Source of the DNA: Chrysemys picta bellii
Taxonomy: Eukaryota
Assembly (NCBI RefSeq): GCF_011386835.1
Contig: NC_088807.1
Location: 24,428,001 to 24,492,000, forward strand
DNA length: 64,000 bases
Direction: 5' to 3'
A program made the position numbers and the translations under genes. The notes below the pieces were generated by a model. The model made no database searches, was not told the DNA's origin, and saw only the letters and a list, made by a program, of their open reading frames with translations. Below, in pieces: positions 36,021 to 47,678 of the stretch (position 1 is its first letter; each line of letters starts with the position of its first letter).

Positions 36021-38509
36021 GAGCCCTACAGAAGGGCTTGGAAGCCGGCTTCTCTCACCAAGAACAGATCTTACCTCCCTCTAGGATCCTGGCACTCACC
36101 TGGTTACAGCTACTCTGCATACCTGATAAGGTGAAGCAGGGTCACCCCCGGAGCTGGGGGAGGGGTGGAAACAGGAGTGGGCTAGCGGGGGCTTGTGGGT
36201 CGGAGATGCAGGGGGCAGCCCAGGGCTGGGCTGGCAGGGGGCTGGTGTTTTGTGTTTCCGGCTGTAAGCGCGTGAGCCCAGGGCTGGAGCTGTAACAAAC
36301 CTGGGGGTCTTGGCAAGGAAATAAGAGAGAATCGTTAGACCAGTGGAAGGCAGGGAGCCAAGGAGAGAGAGCAGAAAATGAGACATGAGGTCTGTTCCCT
36401 CTAGGGGGCGCTGCCCTGATCCGGCCCCAAGGTGGGGACTGGCTGGCTCCTGGGGTGGGGAATGGGACACAGGGCCGATCCCCTCGGGGGGGAGGGCTCC
36501 AGTTCCCATCCAGCCCCAGGGCAGGGACTGGCTGGCTCCGGGGGCGGGGAATGGGGCACGGGGCTTGGCCCCTCTAGGGGGGCGCCAGCTCCCATCTGTC
36601 CTGCCCTAGATCAACCAGGAATGAATTCGGGGCGGGTCTCTGGCCTGTGTGATGCAGGAGGTCGGACGAGAGGCTCACAATGGTACCGACGGCCGTCTCT
36701 GAGCCCCGCTGGCTTGGCCGAATCCCTATTCCGGGAACCTCACTCAACCAAACACGGAGAGTCCTTCAGTTCATGTCCCAGCTTTGTGGCTTTGCTGTGC
36801 TGCTGTCACCCTGCTGCCTCGCCCCAGAGGTGGCTGCATCTCAGTAGCTGTACATCTAAAACTCAGCTCCTGTCCCAGAAGCAGAGACCTGGAGCTGACG
36901 GAGGAATGACTATTAGCTCTTGGCTGTGTAGGGAACACAAGTGTCAGTGTTTCAAGCTTATTGCACTAACACACACACCCATCCCCCCCTCCCTCCCCCC
37001 CGGCCACTTGGGTTCTCTCCCACCTCTGGGAGGTGAGTGGGTTCTAGTGGGTTAGAGCGGGAGGTGGGGTGTTGGGAGCCCAGACTCACCCACCCATTAC
37101 ATGCCCCGCAGAGAAAGGCCATCAAAAATAATCCGACACCTGTGTGCACCCTGGGCCCCCTAGTGCCAGGCACTGCTCAGGGCTGGGCTAGCAGGGGCTG
37201 CGGGTCGGGAGTGAGGGGCACCGGCAGGGCTGGTGGGGGGGGGCAGGAGGGGGCTGGTTTTGTCTCTGCTGCTGTTCCCAATCTCGGTGGATTTACACTG
37301 ACAATGGGCAGCCCTGATTACTGGAACCTTATCCCAGACCTGGGCCGGGCCGGGGGGGGGCTGCCACACACAGAGCCCCCCCCCCAGCCTCCCAAATGCC
37401 ACGCCCCCACAATGACCCCCCCACTGGGTCACCCCAGCCTCTGCCCCACTAACTGACCTCCCCCCCAGTGCAGACCCCTCCCCTCCCCTCTCTTCACAGG
37501 TACAACACACAGACACACACACAGAGCAGGGCCCATCCCCTCCAGCAGTGGGCGCAGGGACACACACACACAGCTAACTACCCCCAACCGCTGCCCCCCT
37601 GCTGTCTAGGGGTCGCAGCACCTGGGGCCCCTGTCTGGCCCTGACCCCCACCCCTGCCAGGACCTGCCTTGAGGGGGGGATGGTCTCCAAGAGGGGAGGG
37701 GCGGAGTCAGAGACGACTTAAAAGTTTGGGGTGGGGGCGCAGGGCGAGGAGGAGGGAGCGCGGGGAGGGAAGAGGAAGGGTGCAGGGTTAGGTGACGGGT
37801 ACCCCCAAATTGTCAGCTCCACGGCCGGTGAGTGGGGACCCCCCAGCCTTCAGGTATGAGTCCCTTCTAGAGAGGGGGCAGAGAGAGGAGTGGAAAGGGG
37901 GGTCGGGGTTCAGGGAGAAAGATGAGGGCACCTCTCTACAGCCAGAGGGGCTGGGAGCCAGGACGCCTGGGTTCTCTCCCTGGCTCCGAGAGGGCAGTGG
38001 GGTCTAGTGGTTAGAGCGGGGGGGTGGGGCTGGGAGCCAGGACGCCTGGGTTCTCTCCCCAGCTCAGGGAGGGGAGTCTAATAGTTAGAGTGGGGGAGCG
38101 TGGCTGGGAGCCAGGACTCCTGGGTCCTACCTTATTCCCCAAGGCTGTTAGTCGGCTCTTCCTTCCGACGCCGCCCTGTCCCCAGGTCTGAGCCCGGCCA
38201 CCCAGCACTGACCCCACATCCTTTGGAGCCGTGGCAGGGACTGGCAGCTCGAACGGTGAGTGGGGTCCAAGGGAGGGGGCCTGCCACTCCTGCTCCCCCA
38301 GGCAGAACCAGGGTGAGGGCTGGGAGCCAGGACTCCTGGGTTCTCCCCCTGGCTCTGGGGAGGGAGGGGAGTGGGGTCTAGTGGTTACAGTGGGGGGGGA
38401 CGGGGGGGCTGGGAGCCAGGACTCCTGGGTTCTCCCCCTGGCTCTGGGGAGGGAGGGGAGTGGGGTCTAGTGGTTACAGTGGGGGGGGACGGGGGGGCTG
38501 GAAGCCAGG

Positions 38510-38760
38510 TCCGAGGCCCCAGGCCATGTACACGTTAATGAGAAAACTGTTTGGCACAGACTCTCCGGGGCTCAAATTCCCCCCCTGCTCCCCCCCCCAG
38601 TCCCCAGACTAATTAGCCTCCCGGGTGCATTGTGTCCCCCGGGGCGCTGCATTCTCACGCTCTCAGGTTCGGTGGGCCGGGTGGGGAGGGGCGATCAGGT
38701 TCCCCCCACTTAATCCCGGGGATCACAGCCGGGAATTACAACAGCCTCTGTCCCCGGCGG
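38510..38760. promoter_or_regulatory. Candidate PROP1 upstream/intronic enhancer with homeodomain sites
   Basis: Non-repetitive island containing TTAATG, CTAATTAG, TAATCC and AATTA motifs amid repeats. Confidence 0.35.
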
Positions 38761-39059
38761 GGCGGGGAGGAGGGGGGACTCTCAGAGGCTGCCACCGACC
38801 TGCCGAGAACGGACCTTGTTGGGGTGTAGAGACGTTCCCCCCACAGCCTGCGACGCGCCACCCCAGTGGCACAGACCTCCATGCACTGAGCTGCAGCGGG
38901 AGCGCTCCCCGCGGCAGAGGTATTAGGGCTTTTACCCTTGCTGGGCCACTAGGGGGCATAGCAAACTGCCACAGGGGCACTGCGCATTGCAGGCCAACGC
39001 AGGGACAGAGGTTAGAAATATCCCCCCTTTTAAAGTATAGGGGGTGGGGGCAGGGACCC

Positions 39060-39800
39060 CAGGGGTGGGCTAGCAGGGGCTGCCGGTCGGGGCTGAGGGG
39101 TAGCGGCAGAGCTGGTGGGGGGATCCGGGGCTGCGGGTCAGGGGTGAGGAGCACTGGGAGGGCTGGGGGGAGCCTAGGGCTGGGCGAGCAGGGGGCTGTG
39201 GGTTGGGAGTGAGGGGGGCTGGGCGGGGGGCAGGGCTGGGCGAGCAGGGGGCTGTGGGTTGGGAGTGAGGGGGGCTGGGCTAGCAGGGGCTGCGGTCGGG
39301 AGTGAGGGGCACCGGCAGAGCTGGGGGGGGGTCAGGGCTGGGCTGGCAGGGGCTGCGGGTCGGGAGTGAGGGGCACTGGCAGGGCTGGGCTAGCAGGGGC
39401 TGCGGTCGGGAGTGAGGGGCACCGGCAGAGCTGGGGGGGGCAGGGCTGGACTAGCGGGGGCTGCGGGTCGGGAGTGAGGGGCACCAGCAGAGCTGGGGGG
39501 GGGCAGGGCCGGGCTAGCAGGGGCTGTGGTCGGGAGCGAGGGGCACCGGCAGAGCTGGGGGGGGTCAGGGCTGGGCTAGGAGGGGCTGTGGGTCGGGAGT
39601 GAGGGGCACCGGCAGAGCTGGGGGGGTCAGGGCTGGGCTAGCAGGGGCTGTGGTCGGGAGCGAGGGGCACCGGCAGAGCTGGGGGGGGTCAGGGCTGGGC
39701 TAGGAGGGGCTGTGGATCGGGAGTGAGGGGCACCGGCAGAGCTGGGGGGGGTCAGGGTTGGGCTAGCAGGGGCTGTGGTCGGGAGTGAGGGGCACCGGCT
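39060..39800. repeat. GC-rich minisatellite (~57-bp unit GGGCTGGGCTAGCAGGGGCTGCGGGTCGGGAGTGAGGGGCACCGGCAGAGCT)
   Basis: About 12 copies. The same unit occurs at 11350-11590, 28210-28530 and 37190-37240. Confidence 0.9.
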
Positions 39801-39830
39801 GAGATCCTGACACCCCCCCACCGTCTCCAG

Positions 39831-40632
39831 ACATTATCCGCCCCCCCTTCAGGAAGGCCCCAGAGATGCCCGGCCTGGCGGGGGGACCCCCGGCTGCTCC
39901 CCCTTCCCTGCACTTCGCCACCCCCACACGCCGGCGCCATCGCACCAGCTTCACCCAGGAGCAGCTGGAGCAGCTGGAGGCCGCCTTCGTCAAGAACCAT
40001 TATCCGGACATCTACGTCCGCGAGGAGCTGGCCCGGGCCACGCGGCTCAACGAGGCCAGGATCCAGGTACCTGGTGGGGGGCTGCGGGGGGTCTCCCTGG
40101 CAGTCAGTGCTGGGCACCGCAGGGCGTTCTGTGTGGCTGTTCCCCAGCCGCCCCGCCCCAGAGGTGGCTGCACTCAGCGCCGGGCGAGGCATCGCTGAGG
40201 TCCCACCCAGGCGCACTCCTGGCTGAGGGGCTCCGTGGCGTGGTGCGGCTGGGTCTGGACGGCGTCTTTCTCTCTTTCCAGGTGTGGTTCCAGAACCGCC
40301 GGGCCAAGCAGCGGAAGCAGGAACGGGCCCTGCTGAAGCCCAGCCCCCCACGGGGCCTCTCGGGCGGGCCGGTACCCGCTCCCCCACCCCGGCAGTACCA
40401 GTACACCCCGACCCTGGCCCCCCCCCACCACCACCACCATCTCCCCCGCTTCCCTGTCTCCTACCCCCCAGGGCTCCCGCCTCCCCCTGGCCAGTTCCCC
40501 TGCCCCCACCCCCCGCCATCCCCCCGTGCCCCCGAGGACTGGTACAGCTCCCTGCGCGCTATGACCTCCCCCCCTGCTCCCCCACCCCCTGTCATCTCCC
40601 TCAGCCTGGACCCAGCTGCCCACTGGAACTGA
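39831..40632 (+). CDS. PROP1: Homeobox protein prophet of Pit-1 (paired-like Q50 homeodomain), exons 2-3; 5' exon unresolved
   Basis: Exon 39831-40066 and exon 40282-40632: [46 protein letters not shown]|[20 protein letters not shown]...EDWYSSL...[31 protein letters not shown] and the LSL...WN tail are PROP1-specific by recall. First in-frame ATG seen is at 39866. Confidence 0.9.
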
Positions 40633-40999
40633 GACCCATGGGGTGCTGGATGCAGCATGGAACGGTCATAAAGGCGTTGAAAGGTCTCTGACTCCGTCTC
40701 CTTCATTCCAACACACGAGGATGGCTCTCCCAGCACTGAGATGCAGCCACCTCTGGGGCGGGACAGCTGGGGAACAGCCGCACACAATGCCACCCGGGGA
40801 TGGTTCGCCCGACACTGAGATGCAGCCATTTCTAGGGCAGTGCAGCAAGGGAACAACCGCACATAACACCGCATGGGCATGGCTCACCTGGCGCTGAGAT
40901 GCGCCACCTCCCATTATTATTATGAAATAATTCAATATGGGCAAACAGGACTTCCCAACCTGTAACGTATTTTTTTTCTCTGTGCTTTGAATGGGCTTA

Positions 41000-43900
41000 T
41001 TTCCTAATGGAAAGAAAAATTATGAGTGAAATAGACTCGGAGGAAAAAATTAGATGGTACAATATGAATGCAAATGGGGAGTTTTCTAAGAAAAGGTTCT
41101 CAGATGATCAAAAATCACAATTCCAGAAATCAAGAAAGTGGATACACTTGACTAAAAGCCCATGCTCTTTCAGTGAGGGAAATGAAGGCATCCGTTTGAA
41201 ATGTAAAAAGCCACAAATAAAAAAATGGGAAAAAATATGAGATAGTAATTGATATAAATTAGTAATCAATATAAATTAGAAGTGTAGAAAACTGATAAGA
41301 GAAGCTAAAGGTAAGAGCAGACAGTGCATAGCTGGCTAAGGACAATAAGGTGGAATTTTTTTAAGCTTATCAGGAACAAAATAGACCCTAGCATAGATAG
41401 AGATGGAAAAATTGTTAATAATGGTACAGAAAAGGCAGACATATTCAGTCAACGTGTGTGTCCCATATTTGACTAGAAGCAGGATGAGATACTCATATCA
41501 AATGAGGGCGATGGAGCATTTTCCAGGATATTAGGCCTGGACCCGCAAACGCACTTAGGCATTGTGATGCTACCCTTCTAGGCCCCTTGAAAAATCGCTG
41601 TGATCCACAGAGCCCGAGTTAGGGCACCCCAGAATGTCACCCACAAGAATCCTGCCCCTCTTGTGGCTTTCAGCACCTAAGTCTGGGCTCCAAGCAGGTC
41701 CTGCTCGTCCACAAGGGGAGGCGCCGGGACCGCCCCGCCTCCGAGGGCTGGCCCGCTTCCCATGATGCTCAGCCTCCCCCTCTCCCCCGCCCTTTAAAGT
41801 CTCCCACATGCCTTGAAATGCCTTTTCTGGCTTGCCCAGCTTGGCGGGCGCATCTCACCGCTCTCCATGGCCCTGGGCAGCTCCCCAAGCGGCCCTGCCG
41901 GCTCCTGGATCAGACGGGAGGTGTCGGAGCGCCACAAAACTCAATGGTGAGAGGGACGCCCCTCTGGCTGCCAGCCCTCTGGTGAGAGCCCACGTCCATC
42001 ACAGGGGAGAGCCCCCATCTCCGTCTGCCAAGAAGAAGGGATTTGAACAGGGATCGCTGCAGAATCACCAGCCCAATTAATGTTGAATGAGTTAACCCAA
42101 CAGGGGTGGGACCCGCCTGAGAACGTCCCCCATTCAGAGATTAGGGCGCTCGGCTAAAATACCCGTGTTCAAGTCCTTCCCGTGTCCTGGCCGAGCACCA
42201 TAACCACTGGGCTAAAGGCAACCCTAGGATCAAGGCCGCAAGGAGCCCCCGGGCTCATCTCGTCTGTATCACACGGGCCGGAGACCGTCCCCAACATCAT
42301 TCCTAGAGCTGATCTGGTAGAGAAACAGCCCAGCTGGACTGGAAAATGGAGAATTCACCGCGCCCCTTGGGAAACCGACCCGGTGGTTCATGACTCTCAT
42401 CGTAAAAAATTAACGTCTTATTCCCAGGCGGAATTTGTCCAGTTTCAACTTCCAGCCATTGGATCAAGTTCGACCTTCCTCTGCTGGACGGAAGAGCCTG
42501 TTTATAAATATTTGTTCCCCAGGTCGGTACATCCAGGCTGGGATCGAGTCATCACCCCTTTGCCGTCTCTTTGTTCGGCTAACCAGACTGAGCTGCTGGC
42601 GTCTCTCGCTCTCAGGCAGGGGCGTTAATCATCCTCGCGGCTCTTCTCTGACCCCTCCCCGGTTTATCAGCATCGACATCCAGGAACAAAGGACAAGGGC
42701 CAGACTCACAGGCTGGGGGACTCTCTCCTGGGAAGCAACAACTGGGAAAAAGATTTGAGGGGCGTGGTGGAAAATCAGCCGAACGTCAGATCACAGTGGG
42801 ACGCTGGGACCAAACGGGAGCCTAATGTGATCCCGGGATGGAGAAACAGGGGAATCTCGAGTCGGAGCAGAGAGGGGAGGGGATTTTCCCTCTGGCTTTG
42901 GGACTGGTGCAGCCGCTGCTGGGATCCTGCGTCCCGTTCTGGTACCCGCAATTCAAGAAAGATGTTGCATAGGCGCCAACTTTTCCCGACGCCATGCTCA
43001 ACCCCCCAGCCCCGCCCCTGCCCCCATTCTAACCCCTTCCCCAAAGTCCCCACCCCAACCCCGCCCCCTCCCTACCCCTATTGGACTCCTTCCCCATATC
43101 CCCGCCCCGGCCCTGCCTCTTCCCCCGAGAGTGCCGCGTTTCCCCTCCTCCCCGCTCCCTCATGCTGGGAGCTAGGGGGAGAAGTGGAGCCGCAGCGCGC
43201 CCAGGGGAGGAGGCGGAGGCGAGCTCGGGCAGGGAGGGGAGCTGCCGGTGGGTGCAGAGCACCCACCAATTTTTCCCTGTGGGTGCTCCAGCCCCGGAGC
43301 ACCCACAGAGTCGGCAACTATGGGATGTTGATCAGTCGGGGAGGGGTCAGATGCCTGAGAGTGAGACACCAGCAGCTTGGTCTATTTAGCTCAGGGGTGC
43401 ACAAACTGGGGGTGGGGACTTCTCAGGGGGTTGTTAGGTTATTATGTGGGGGGGTCACGAGCGGTCAGCCTCCACCCCAAACCCTGCTTTGCCTCCAGCA
43501 TTTATAATGGTGTTAAATATACACCTCTACCCCGATATAACATGAATTCGGATATACCGCGGTAAAGCAGCGCTCCGGGGGGGTGGGGCTGCGCACTTCG
43601 GCGGATCAAAGCAAGTTCGATAGAACGCGGTTTCACCTATAACGCGGTAAGATTTTTTGGCTCCCGAGGACAGCGTTCTATCGGGGCAGAGGTGTATTAA
43701 AAAGTGGTTTTCATTTATAAGGGGGGGTCGCACTCAGAGGCGTGGTGTGGGAAAGGGGTTACCGGTACAAACGTTTTGAGAATCACTGATTTAGCTGAAC
43801 AAAGAGGTGAAGGGGTGACTCAATTCCAGGTGCCACCAGAGGGAACAAATACGTGGTACCAGGCCCGTCAGACCAGCAGAGGAAGTTCTCACGTGATCCA

Positions 43901-44050
43901 ATGGCCGGAAGTTGAAGCTCAACAAATTCCACCTGGAAATAAGGCGTCCATTTCTCTACCCTGAGAGTAATGAACCGTGGGGGCAATTCCACAAGAGGGC
44001 CCGGTGGATTCTCCGTCACGGGCCGTTTTTCAGTCAAGATGGGCTGTTTT
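41000..44050. mobile_element. Mixed degraded CR1 fragments and small elements
   Basis: Decayed CR1-like segments, e.g. 41280-41460, 42320-42430, 42750-42980 and 43780-43990. Confidence 0.55.
43522..43694. mobile_element. Tc1/mariner (Tigger-like) MITE
   Basis: TIRs CACCTCTACCCCGATATAAC...GTTCTATCGGGGCAGAGGTG flanked by TA on both sides. Confidence 0.8.
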
Positions 44051-44254
44051 CGACAAGATCTGCTCTGGGGTTGGCGTGGGGAAGCTCTCCGGCCTGTGCG
44101 ACACGGGGGCCAGACTAGATCATGACCATGGGGAGATGAAAGCCAAAAAGTGCGGGGGGAAGCTGTGCTGGACCACGGAGGTGTTGGGTTATTGTAGGGT
44201 CTCTTAGGAGTGCTGGAGTCTGGTTTGTTATGGTAGGGTCTCTCACGGCCGGGT

Positions 44255-45910
44255 CGTTACGGGGGGGTCTCTTGGCAGCACGGGGGGGGGGAGGAGAGGG
44301 TTGTTAGCGCAGGTCTCTCGGGACCGGGTTGTTACGGGGGTCTCTCGGGGCCGAGTCGTTTGTTAGGACAGGTCTCTTGGGGCTGGGTCGTTACAGGGGG
44401 TCTCTTGGGGTCAGGTCGTTACGGGGGGGGTCTCGCGGGGCCGGGGTGTTACGGGGGGTCTCTCGGGGCGGGGGTGTTACGGGGGGTCTCTCAGGGCCAG
44501 CTCATTGGGGGGGGTCTCTCGGGGCCAGGTTGTTGGGGGGGGTCTCTCGCGGCCGGGGTGTTGGGGGGGTCTCTCGGGGCTGTGCTGTTACGGGGGGTCT
44601 CTGGGGGCCGGGTCGTTACGGGGGGTCTCTGGGGGCCATGTCGTTAGGGGGGGTCTCTCGCGGCTGGGTCATTACGGGGCGTCTCTCGGGGCCATGGTGT
44701 TTCGGGGGGTCTCGTGGGGCCGGGGTGTTACGGGGGCGGGTCTCGCGGGGCCGGGTCGTTACGAGGGGGGTCTCTCGCGGCCGGGGTGTTTCGGGGGGGG
44801 TCTCTCGTGGCCAGGGTGTTACGGGAGGAGGTCTCGCGGGGCCGGGGTCGTTACGGGGGGTCTCGCGGGGCCAGGATGTTGGGGGGGGGTCTCGCGGGGC
44901 TGGGTCGTTACGCGGGGTCTCTGGGGCCTGGGGTGTTGGGGGGGGGTCTCTCGCGGCCAGGGTGTTACGGGGGGTCTCGCAGGGCCGAGTCGTTTGTTAG
45001 GACAGGTCTCTTGGGGCTGGGTCGTTACAGGGGGTCTCTTGGGGTCAGGTCGTTACGGGGGGGGTCTCGCGGGGCCGGGGTGTTACGGGGGGTCTCTCGG
45101 GGCGGGGGTGTTACGGGGGGTCTCTCAGGGCCAGCTCATTGGGGGGGGGGTCTCTCGGGGCCAGGTTGTTGGGGGGGGGTCTCTCGCGGCCGGGGTGTTG
45201 GGGGGGTCTCTCAGGGCTGTGCTGTTACGGGGGGTCTCTGGGGGCCAGGTCGTTACGGGGGGTCTCTGGGGGCCATATCGTTAGGGGGGGGTCTCTCGCG
45301 GCTGGGTCATTACGGGGCGTCTCTCGGGGCCATGGTGTTTCGGGGGGTCTCTCGCGGCCGGGGTGTTGGGGGGGGTCTCTCGGGGCTGTGCTGTTACGGG
45401 GGGTCTCTGGGGGCCGGGTCGTTACGGGGGGTCTCTGGGGGCCATGTCGTTAGGGGGGGTCTCTCGCGGCTGGGTCATTACGGGGCGTCTCTCGGGGCCA
45501 TGGTGTTACGGGGGGGTCTCGTGGGGCTGGGGCATTATGGGGGGGGGTCTCTCGCAGACGAGTCATTATGGGAGACGGTCTCGCGGGGCTGGGTTTTCGG
45601 GGGGGGGGTCTCGCGGGGCCAGGATGTTGGGGGGGGGTCTCGCGGGGCTGGGTCGTTACGCGGGGTCTCTGGGGCCTGGGGTGTTGGGGGGGGTCTCTCG
45701 CGGCCAGGGTGTTACGGGGGGTCTCGCAGGGCCGGGTTGTCGAGGGAGGGGTCTCGTGGGGCCGGCTTCTCGGGGGGGGGGTCTCGCGGGGCCGGGGTCG
45801 TTACGGGGGCAGGTCTCACGGGGCTGGGTTGTCGGGGGGGGTCTCTGGGGCCGGGGCGTTACGGGGGGGCTCTGGGGGCCGGTTGTCGGGGGGGTCTCTG
45901 GGGGCTCGGC
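44255..45910. repeat. CpG-rich ~20-bp minisatellite (GGGGGGTCTCTCGCGGCCGGGGTGTTACG) with higher-order blocks
   Basis: Direct reading. It abuts the RBM3 promoter. Confidence 0.92.
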
Positions 45911-45939
45911 GCAGCCCAGGCCGCGTTGTTATGGTAACC

Positions 45940-46515
45940 ATGGCGCGCGGGGAGGGCAGGCCCCGGATGTTCGCGGGTTCGCGCGCAGGGGAGGGGGAGG
46001 GGGGAGTTACGGAAGGACCCGGATGTCCCCGGCCGCGGGCTCGGGGGGTTCTCAAGCCGGGGCTGGGCTGAGGGAGCGAAGGGACCCGGATGTTCCCGGG
46101 GCGGGTGGGGCTAGGCTATGTAAGGAGCCGGATGTGGCTGGGGGGCGGGGCTGTCGAGCAGGGGGCGGGGCTCAGGGATGGACCCGGATGTGCGCCAGGC
46201 CTGAGCCATGCGCAGGTCCCGGGTTTTTCCCTGAGCCCGGCTTGGCGGGAAGAGGCGGGGCGCGATGGCGGTTGGGCAGGACCCGGATGTAGGCCGCGTG
46301 CCAAGGTCCCGGATGGGCGCCGTTCGGCTGGCCCCTCCCTCCCTGCGTCCTTCCCTCGCGCGCGCGCGCGCGCTCGCTTTAGCGCCCGCTCCAATGGGAG
46401 CGGCGGGTGCGCGTCACGTGTCCGGAGGCCGGTGGGCGGGGCCGCTATATAAGGCTCGGCCGGGCGCCGCCTCGGCCGCCTTCTCAGCAGCTCCAGCCCG
46501 GGACAGATCCGCTCG
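45940..46515 (+). promoter_or_regulatory. RBM3: RBM3 CpG-island promoter and non-coding exon 1
   Basis: Six CCGGATGT ETS-type motifs (45963-46290), E-box CACGTG at 46415, TATATAA at 46446-46452, and donor CG|GTGAGT at 46515. Confidence 0.8.
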
Positions 46516-47678
46516 GTGAGTGGGGTGGCCGCGCGCGCGCGCGGCTTGGGTGGGGGTCGTGAGCGGGAAATGGCGGCGGTTGGTAGCCCTCACGCAGGGG
46601 AGTCGGGGCATCGTTGAGGCCGCAGCGGCGGCTTTAAAATGCGCATGCGCGGCCGGCGGAGCTCGATTAAAACGTCGGGGGCCTGGGGGTTCTCTTCGGG
46701 TTGGGGGGGGCTGCGATGTGCGCATGCGCGGGGCAAGCCTTAACGGGCGGGGGGGGTGGAACACGGCGGGCGCGCACGCGCGTGAGGCGCCTGCGTCCTC
46801 GTGTTCGTTTGGGTCGTTCACGCGCTGGTTCCGCGGGGGGGGTGGGGGCGGGTTGGAACGCTGGAGGGGTCGGCGTTCCATCCGGCGCGGGCCTCGCTAC
46901 TGCGGCCACGTGACCGCCGCCATCTCTTCGGCGCGGGACACAAGATGGCGGCCCTTGGGGGGAGGGGCGCGATTCCCTCTAGGGTGGAGGGAGGCTGGGG
47001 CCATCTGGCCTTCATCGGGGTGGGGGAGCAGCGCACGTGCGGGGGTGGACTCCCTGCAGGCTAGGGGGGCGGGGGGGTTAGACGATCCTCCATTGGGTTG
47101 AGGGGAGCAGAGGGGTCCTTGGGGTGGCTTGGATGGGGGCTGGATGTGTGGAGGAGAGGGCCTGCCCGAAGCCTGGGGCGGGAGGGGTATGTCCTGTTCT
47201 GTGGGCAGGATGGGGGGTCACCCTGCGAGCACAGCTCTCCCTAGATTAGCAGCGCTAGTGTGGAGGTTGGCAGATCCATCCAGGAGCTGGTGATTACAGT
47301 CCCTCCACCAGAGAGGTAGTCCAATGGGATCCTGGGACCCTTCTCCCCGGAGGGCGGGAGCAGACAGGGATTGGGCTCAAGCGGAGGATTTCAGGCTCCA
47401 TAAGGCCCCCAGGGAGAAGGGACTCTAGGGAGAGCAGTGGGGTCCAATTGCTCTCAAGGGGTATTAGTTGCTCCCTGCCTCTGGGGGGGAGGTGGGGAGA
47501 GCTCTTGGGCTCCTTACCAAGGCAGGAAGGGCTGAGGTTGATGCTGGGGAGAGTGCCTCCCTTCCACGTGGGGCCTGTCCCCAGGCTTGGTAGGGAGAAG
47601 CCCTGGTGCAGCTGTTCTGTTCCTTCTAACCACCTTGCATCTCCTTCCCCAGACTCCTCCTCCTCCACCACCACCACC

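Noticed and set aside
38186-38255. Coding exon 1 of PROP1
   Set aside because: It has good AG/GT ends and the right phase, but an in-frame TGA at 38189 and no ATG. At most a UTR exon.
44329-46292. Gly-rich ORFs of 220-407 aa
   Set aside because: Translations of the 20-bp minisatellite.
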